Below, piece by piece: positions 34,501 through 41,717 of a stretch of DNA of 41,717 nt. The notes under the pieces are model-generated. The model did no database searches, was not told where the DNA came from, and saw only the letters and a program-made list of their open reading frames with translations. This DNA comes from Dimorphilus gyrociliatus (lineage: Eukaryota; Animalia; Annelida): positions 82,378 through 124,094 of the forward strand of contig CAJFCJ010000063.1 in the NCBI GenBank assembly GCA_904063045.1, read 5' to 3'. Positions within the stretch are counted from its first letter, which is position 1; each line of letters begins with the position of its first letter. Both the position numbers and the translations under genes were made by a program.

Positions 34501-35879
34501 AATTATCTATTATATAAATTTACTTTTCTGGAAAAACGAAATAAATACGACTATTAGCGACCTCTATTACAATTGGATAACATTTTACGACGGACCGGCT
34601 GAAGCTTCTATATGTTTCAATGATGATGAATGTAAATCTATAAAGATATGTTGTAGAATTTTAAAAAATGAGAATTCTCCATCAATACTTGCACATTTAT
34701 TAAAGCAAATTGAAACAGCTGTTGAATATTCATTAAAAATTTCATCAGTCTACTTCTCAGTGAGTAAAAAATGTTTACTTTTCTCTATTTTGACAATCTA
34801 ATGGTAATATTTAATTTTCAATACTAGAAAATTCTATTTACTCCATGGGGTAATGTGTTAATTGAACCAGAATCTAATGATACTTACTCAACTGAATATT
34901 TGAAAAATAATTTAAATTTTTGTAAGTTAAATTTAAATTTTCAAATTAAATTTAATTTTATTTCTCTTTTTTTTTTAAATAGTCAATAATTTCAATGTAT
35001 ATTTTGAACATGAATTACATAATATCTATGAAATTGGCTGTGTTAATAAGTGTAATTTAAGAAGGCAACACTTTTTATGGAAAATGCATAAACAATTATA
35101 TCCAACTTTTAAAAATGAAATATTGTTTGAAGAGGAAGGAGATATTGTTTGTAATTTAGATGAAATTTTACAAACTTCCACTCTGTGTAGTAATATGAAT
35201 CCAGTCAATTTCTATTCAATTACATTAAGAAATTGTTCAAATTTAAAATTTGAATTAGCGTAAGTCAATTAGAGATTATTTTAAAAAGTTATTTGAAAAT
35301 ATATTCATTTATTTAAAAATTTCTAGTAAGGACAACTATTCTATAGTTTTCAATTCTGATGAGAAGAGAATTTATAAGAGTACTTCTAATGGTATTGAAA
35401 AATTATTTGATTTTGACGTTCAACAATTTTCTGCTCTAACAATAAAATTTATGCCCAGCTATGATCAACGAGGCTCTTACAAAACGGCTTATAAAGTCTA
35501 TTTTCTATTTATAGAAACATATTTAAATTTCAAATGTCTTACAATTATTTCTTTGCTAGGCTTTGAATACAAAGCTTAAACTTTATATGGACAATATCTT
35601 CATTGGAAATTTGTCAGAACCGGAATTAGAATTTACACTAAAGTTTCATAATGCGGATAAAAATTTAATAATTGATTTTACATATGCACCTGTAAGTTAT
35701 TCATTTGTGATTTTAACCTTTTATCTTCCTTTCTCTCTCTTCCTAACAGAGACAAGAAATGAAACATTCACGAAATGCGTTAGAAGTAGGTCAAAAATTA
35801 ATAAATAATGGACATATTTCAACTGTTGGTATGTTTAAAATGAGTATTTAAATAAAAGTGTTAGTTTGAATTAAAAAAT

Positions 35880-35919
<40 letters not shown>

Positions 35920-38900
35920 ACTGTCTTCCTAATAGAAAGTATCTCAGAAAAGAGAAAATTAATAGTAATATCAAGAAAAAGAATATTTCTACCAGTTTCT
36001 GAAAATTTTAAATCAATTGAATATTGTCAAGTTAGTTGGGAGAATTTAACAGAATTTCAACAATTTTTTAAAATATATTCAATTCAAGAAATGGAGATAC
36101 TTGGTTTGAAAAATTACTTAATTAATTAATTAATTTTTCTATCATAAAAAATTATTATCTTATAGAAAACTTCAAGGATTATTTAAATCTTTACGATTTT
36201 CAACCAGTTCCTGATATTTGGTTTGGGAAAATAATGAGTGCAAAGTCATCAGCAGATATTCTATCAACTTTAGCTGTTGATAGTGCAGTATGTTTCAAAA
36301 ATAGTGTTACATCATCTGGTAGAGATACATTTTCAATTTTTATCATTGACAAACTACTTTTAACCTTTAATTGCATTTTTTAAACAATACCAGGTTACAT
36401 TTTTCAAGAAATCTCAAAGATGACACGAGTAATTGGAAAAACTAGATTCAAAGTTTCTAACACGCTAGTAGGGATAATTTTCCCCCAAGAGCTAAGAAAT
36501 GATTCATTTATCTATTTAAATGAATTTGTTGATTATGATAAGATGACAGCCTATATTATCTGTTCTATGCCTTCAGGCCAAATGTTAACTGCTGAAAACC
36601 CTAGTCACATATTGAAAAAATCGGCTAAAACAATTTCAAAAGTGCATTGCCAAGAACATCTTGAACTATATACATTATACATTTTGACTAGATGGTTAAA
36701 TATTAATGATAAGAATGTAATAATCTCATTTAAGGACACGGCAAAAATAGCTTTTTCACTTTATTCTCTGTTTTTCTTTTTGTAGTTTGTCACTAATATT
36801 GAATCAAGTCAACTCGAATTCTATTTTTCATTCTTGATGAATAAATATTCAAATGATCGAATTATTGAATATTTTTCAAACTATGAAACAAGCAAATCAG
36901 TTGTTGAGCAAGTATGATAAAATTTTCCATTCTCTTATCCTTTTTGTATTCAATTATAATAATAAATGATTCCATTTTTTCAGGTTTTAAAAGAATCTTT
37001 TCAAGTTGATAATTTATTAGGAACACTGGATAATTTAAAAACAACATTTACGTGTTATCTTCATGAAAATGCATTGCCAACAACAAAAAATGAAAGACAG
37101 AAATATTTGCAATTACTAGACAATGATAAGATCCAAAATGTAAAAAGAGATTTCCTGAAAGAGAATAATTGCCATTGGTAAATAGTTTTCAATTACTTTA
37201 GTGATTAAAGTCTCTTCCTATTCTATTATATTTTACAGTTTTAAATATTTAACAAAATGGCGTATTATCAATAATAACATAAGAACGGAAGAGGAAGATG
37301 GTGAAGATGATGGAGGACTATTTGAAAATGTTGAAAAAATGCACAGATTAAAGGATATTTACTTGTTAAAGTGTAATATTCAAACAGCTTTAAAACATGT
37401 TGATAGGATTGCATATTCTATTGAAAATTTTCAAATTATCAAGAGTCCTATCAAGACTATCCACCCTTCAATTGGAAAATGTTCATTAATAACTACTTTA
37501 CGCTTTGAAAATCTTCTACTATCAGACCTACCAATGGAATTGTCCAATCTAACTCTTTTAAAATTTTTATATCTTACGGGAAATTTATTTGAAAATGTTC
37601 CAAAAGTGATCAGTCAACTTTCAAATTTAACACAATTAAATCTAGATGCAATCAATTTCACACCATTTCATTCAAAGATACTAGAAACTGATATAGTATC
37701 GCTTGAAGAGTGGAAATATACCTACAACGAAAATTATTCTCAGTTGAGTAGTGTTGGATTTGATGAAGGAAGTATGATGAAACTCTTCAAGGAAATCGCA
37801 AGTGATGATAGTTTAAAAAGTAGAGATGAAATTCAAGAATTTCATGCAGTTCTTTATAAAAAACTACCTAGAATTACTTCTTGGAATGTTTTGGAAAATC
37901 TACATAAACAATCATTCAAAATACTTGTTATATTAAATTTAAAATATACCAGTTTTCAAACTTTGGATGATAGTATTGAATATTTGGAGAATTTACATAT
38001 TTTAGACATATCCTTTAATTTACTATTAGAAGAGATTAGCCCAAAAATCGCTTATCTTCCACTACAGACACTATATTTAGAAAATTGTCCATCATTGAGA
38101 ACACCTCCAAAGGTAATAGCAGTCAAAAGTCTAAAACATATACAAAACTATATGAGAGCTTTAGACAAGGGTTATGTATCTTGTAAAAGAACAAAATTAA
38201 TGCTTGTCGGTCTTGGAGGAGGTGGAAAAACAAGTTTAATGACTTCACTAACAGAAAATAATCAGGAAGAAAGTGAACAATTGGTAAAAAGTACTAAAGT
38301 TACAGATGGAATTTGTATTAGAAAATGGCTTGTTCAATCTATTGAATATTCAATATGGGATTTTGCAGGACAAACTGTCTATTATAATACTCATCAGTTC
38401 TTTTTATCAAATAGAGCCGTATATTTTTTGGTATGGAATGTTAGATCTGGAGAGGAGCATGCTGGTTTAAAATTCTGGTTGAATTCTATAAAATGTCATG
38501 CTCCTAAAGCACCTGTATTCATTGTAGGAACTCACATTGATCAGGTATTTTTCATACAGCTGCAATTAGGTCTAACTTTTTTTAACAATGAAATTACAAT
38601 GACGTTAGGTTGAAAAATCTGAATTACCAACCATCAAATATCAAGAAAAATATCCACAAATTAAAGGATTTTATAATGTCTCTTCACTAACCAAAAAAGT
38701 TTGTTTGTTCACATTTTTAAATGATAACTTTTTAAGAAACTTAAATTTTACAAAAATAAGGGTCTTAACGAATTAGTTGATGGTTTAATTAACATAACTA
38801 TTAACGAAAAATATATGAATGAGAAAATACCAAACTTTTGGTTAGATTTTGAAGAAAAATTATACAAGTATGCAAAAAAGAAATTCAAGTATTGAAATAT

Positions 38901-41717
38901 ATAAGAATATTAACTTTACCTTGAACAGAGTTAGCAAAACTTTAAATATAATCTCTATAGAGGAAGCCATCGGATTTGCTGAAGAAACTGGTATAATTGA
39001 TAAGGCTGAGGTTGATATTAAAATATTATTACATAACTCAATGATTCACTCTCTCTTCTAGTTTTATCAAGCAGTTGAATTTCTTCACGAATTAGGATCT
39101 ATTCAATACTTTCAAAATGAATACTTAAGGAAACAAATCATTATAAATCCTCAATGGATTGTTGATGTAATGGCTTGCGTTGTTTCCGTTCAAGAGAATT
39201 CAATAAAAGTTTGTATATAGGCCTAATTAGGAGGTATTTTTCATGCCGATATTCTTTTATTTTTAATCTAGAATGGAAAATTATTGCATGATGATTTGAA
39301 CAAAATTTGGCCCAGTGAGTCATACTCTAATCTTCACAAATGGCTTCTACGTTTAACTGAAGAGTTTGACTTAACATTTTCGTTGAAGAATGAAAGAGCA
39401 AGTTTAGTTCCCTGTCTTCTTCCTGATATTGAACCAGAGGTAAATGCATAGAATGTTTTAAAAATGATGTCTTTGAAGGTGACTTCAATGTTATAGAATG
39501 CTTGGGAAAAAGAATCTTTAAAGGAAGGGGAAAGTGAAACCAAAATGGTATATAAGTTTGACTACTTGCCTTTTGGATTATTTAACAGAGTCCAAGTTAG
39601 ATTATTTGAGTATGGTGATGAGTTTCTGATATGGAAAACTGGCTCTTATCTCACGAAAAATGGCCATAGAGGTATTTTAAAGAGAAAAAGGTATATAATC
39701 ATTTTTCTCACATGAATCAACAAGTTTATCTTTTACTTTTGTTAGCTCTTCAAAAATTCTTATCAAAGTTAGAGGATTTAAACCCGAAAATGTCCTCTTT
39801 CTCGTCCATGAAGTACTTGAAACACTAATTGCTGAATCTTTTCAAGGAGTTGAATTCAATTTTATGACGCCTTGTCCTGAATGTATTTATCATAAAATAC
39901 AACATCCTAGTATGGTTGAATCCTGGAGAATAAGAAAAGCTATGCAATTAAAAATTCCTTTTCTACAATGTACTCATAATTTTCATACTGTGTCTATAAC
40001 ACAACTTCAAAGTGAGTTTTGAGTTGTTTCAACATGCTAACTCTTGACAAAAAACTCTTCACTATAGATATGTTACCTCCTGAGAGCAGTGAGGAATTAG
40101 ATATGCATCTGCAAAATGCTGTTAGAGAATTAAAGAAAATTCAATTAAGGCCTATAAAAGATGTTTTAATGTTATATTGTTTGGCCGATGTTCCTTCAAA
40201 TGAGTCGGAAAGTTGTAATCATATCTCCGCATTGAGAATAAAAAATGAATTGGAAAAAGCTGGCTTTTATGTGTAAAATTCAAAAAAAAAAAAAGAAAAA
40301 TTTTTGATATTTTAAATTAAAAAAAATTACTTTTTCATTATCAGGAAAATGTTTAATGATTCTTGTGAAAATTACGTTGAAGAGGCGATATCTTCACTAA
40401 AATCTACACAAGTAGTACTCACACTGATGACAGATGATTTCATTAAGAATTCAACTTGTAGAAATTTATTCATTTATACAAAAAAGAATTTAGCTAAACA
40501 GAATCAGTTAATATTAATTAAAGAGAGCGATAAATGGAAAAAACATACAGATATTGGTATGCTGTGCTCAGATGATGTAAATATTTTCATTTAAATATCA
40601 ATTGCCTTTTACTTATATTTAAAAACTAATGATTTATCCATTTTCTCTCTCTTCTTCCTTCCTTCTCCTAACTTTTTTAGATATACATAAACATGCAAAA
40701 TGTTGAGAAATTTAGCGCAAAGATGAACGATTTGAAAAATTCGTTAAGTGTCAATTCAAAACCAACAAAATGGCCGCCGTGTTTTATAAGTTATTGTTGG
40801 AGTAATTCTCAAATGGCAATAAATAAAGGGACTAAAATGAATAAAAAAGCACTTGGTAAAACTGATCCAAGGTTATTAAAGGATAAACTTGAAGAAGCTG
40901 GAATTAATTGTTGGATGGATATTGAACAAGTAAATAGAGGTGGTTTATTTCAAGATATTGCTGAAGGCTTAAAAAAGGCTAAAATTGTTGTAGCTTGTGT
41001 ATCAGATGAGTACATTTTATCTAAAAATTGCCAAATGGAATTTCGTTTTGCATCTCTAACATTAAGATTACCAATTATTCTTGCAATTGTTGGAACTGGT
41101 AAAAATTGGATTCAATCCGAAATTGGTATGATATCTTTATCATATCCAAGAGTTAATCTTCAAGAAATGGATACCAACATTGTAGAAGTTGTTAATCTTG
41201 TCAAGGAAAAGATTGGTACAGAAGAATTAGATGAAAATGTCAGAATTGAAAAGGAGATTCATCATGAAGAATTTACAGAATTATTAGAATTAGCTGAAAG
41301 AAAATTACTAAGGCAATTGGCAACTTTACAAAATCTATCAAGAGGATTCAATTTTCCTCATATTCCAATATTAGATTATTCAACAAATTCAACTGAAAAT
41401 ACTACAAATCGATATCGTTTTGTCTTCCTTTGTGAGTGCGATCAGGTAAACAATTTTCAAACTCAATTAAAAATCAACAATTTTTTTAATTTTTTATTAT
41501 CATAGGGTTGGCATTTACCTGACAATCATCAAAGTATTCAATGGAATGTTCCATTTGAAAGTAGAGAAGCTGAAAAATATATGACAGAATGGTCTGGTTA
41601 TTTAGTTAGAATTTACGCTATTCTCCAACACAGTTCAATTCCATTGTTAGTGTTTAAAAATAAAGAAAGAAGTGATTTTATTGAGCAGATGCAATCAAAA
41701 TTAATCAGAAAAAATAA
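30939..41717 (+). CDS. Giant Roco-family protein: CH(IFT54-like), pseudoRoc-COR, unknown, LRR, Roc, COR, TIR-like, TIR; runs off the window
   Basis: About 38 exons join in frame via GT-AG introns with no stop found. P-loop GLGGGGKTS (38209-38235), WDFAG, THID, COR motifs FLHELG..INPQW and YKFDYLPFGLF, and TIR CFISYCWS..CWMD..VSDEY..SKNCQMEF. The ATG assignment is less certain than the rest. Confidence 0.9.
32579..34759 (+). other. Degenerate Roc-COR module
   Basis: Colinear self-similarity to the intact Roc-COR at 38185-39990; no P-loop or DxxG. Confidence 0.7.
35885..35915. repeat. (CT)n microsatellite (intronic)
   Basis: Read directly. Confidence 0.9.

Noticed and set aside
1-41717. tRNA, rRNA or hammerhead ribozyme genes
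   Set aside because: No A/B-box pair with cloverleaf, no rRNA-like stretch, and no CTGATGA..GAAA core with the required stems seen by eye.

Overview
AT-rich eukaryotic (animal) genomic DNA with many short GT-AG introns (about 45-130 bp); the style resembles a compact invertebrate genome such as an annelid (inference only). Positions 1-30591 are a transposon-scrambled accessory region. It holds four large Mutator-like (MULE) elements, where traceable with PHD-like, FLYWCH and DDE transposase domains, plus related MITEs, an LTR family (two full LTRs and fragments) and a nested Tc1-like remnant. Mixed among them are decayed RING/B-box/RNI-LRR genes, two GPCRs, a CUB/FAMeT-domain pseudogene, and apparently intact genes for a secreted protein and a GNAT acetyltransferase. 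Two near-identical MULEs (5406-7900, 28076-30591) share one 9-bp target duplication on their INNER flanks, suggesting the 20-kb interval is circularly permuted. From 30939 to beyond the window end runs one intact gene of about 38 exons, traced in frame by eye. It encodes an unusual Roco protein: IFT54/TRAF3IP1-like calponin-homology domain, degenerate Roc-COR, unknown region, LRRs, intact Roc-COR, degenerate TIR, TIR with the catalytic glutamate. All domain calls are by-eye motif recognition; no searches were run.
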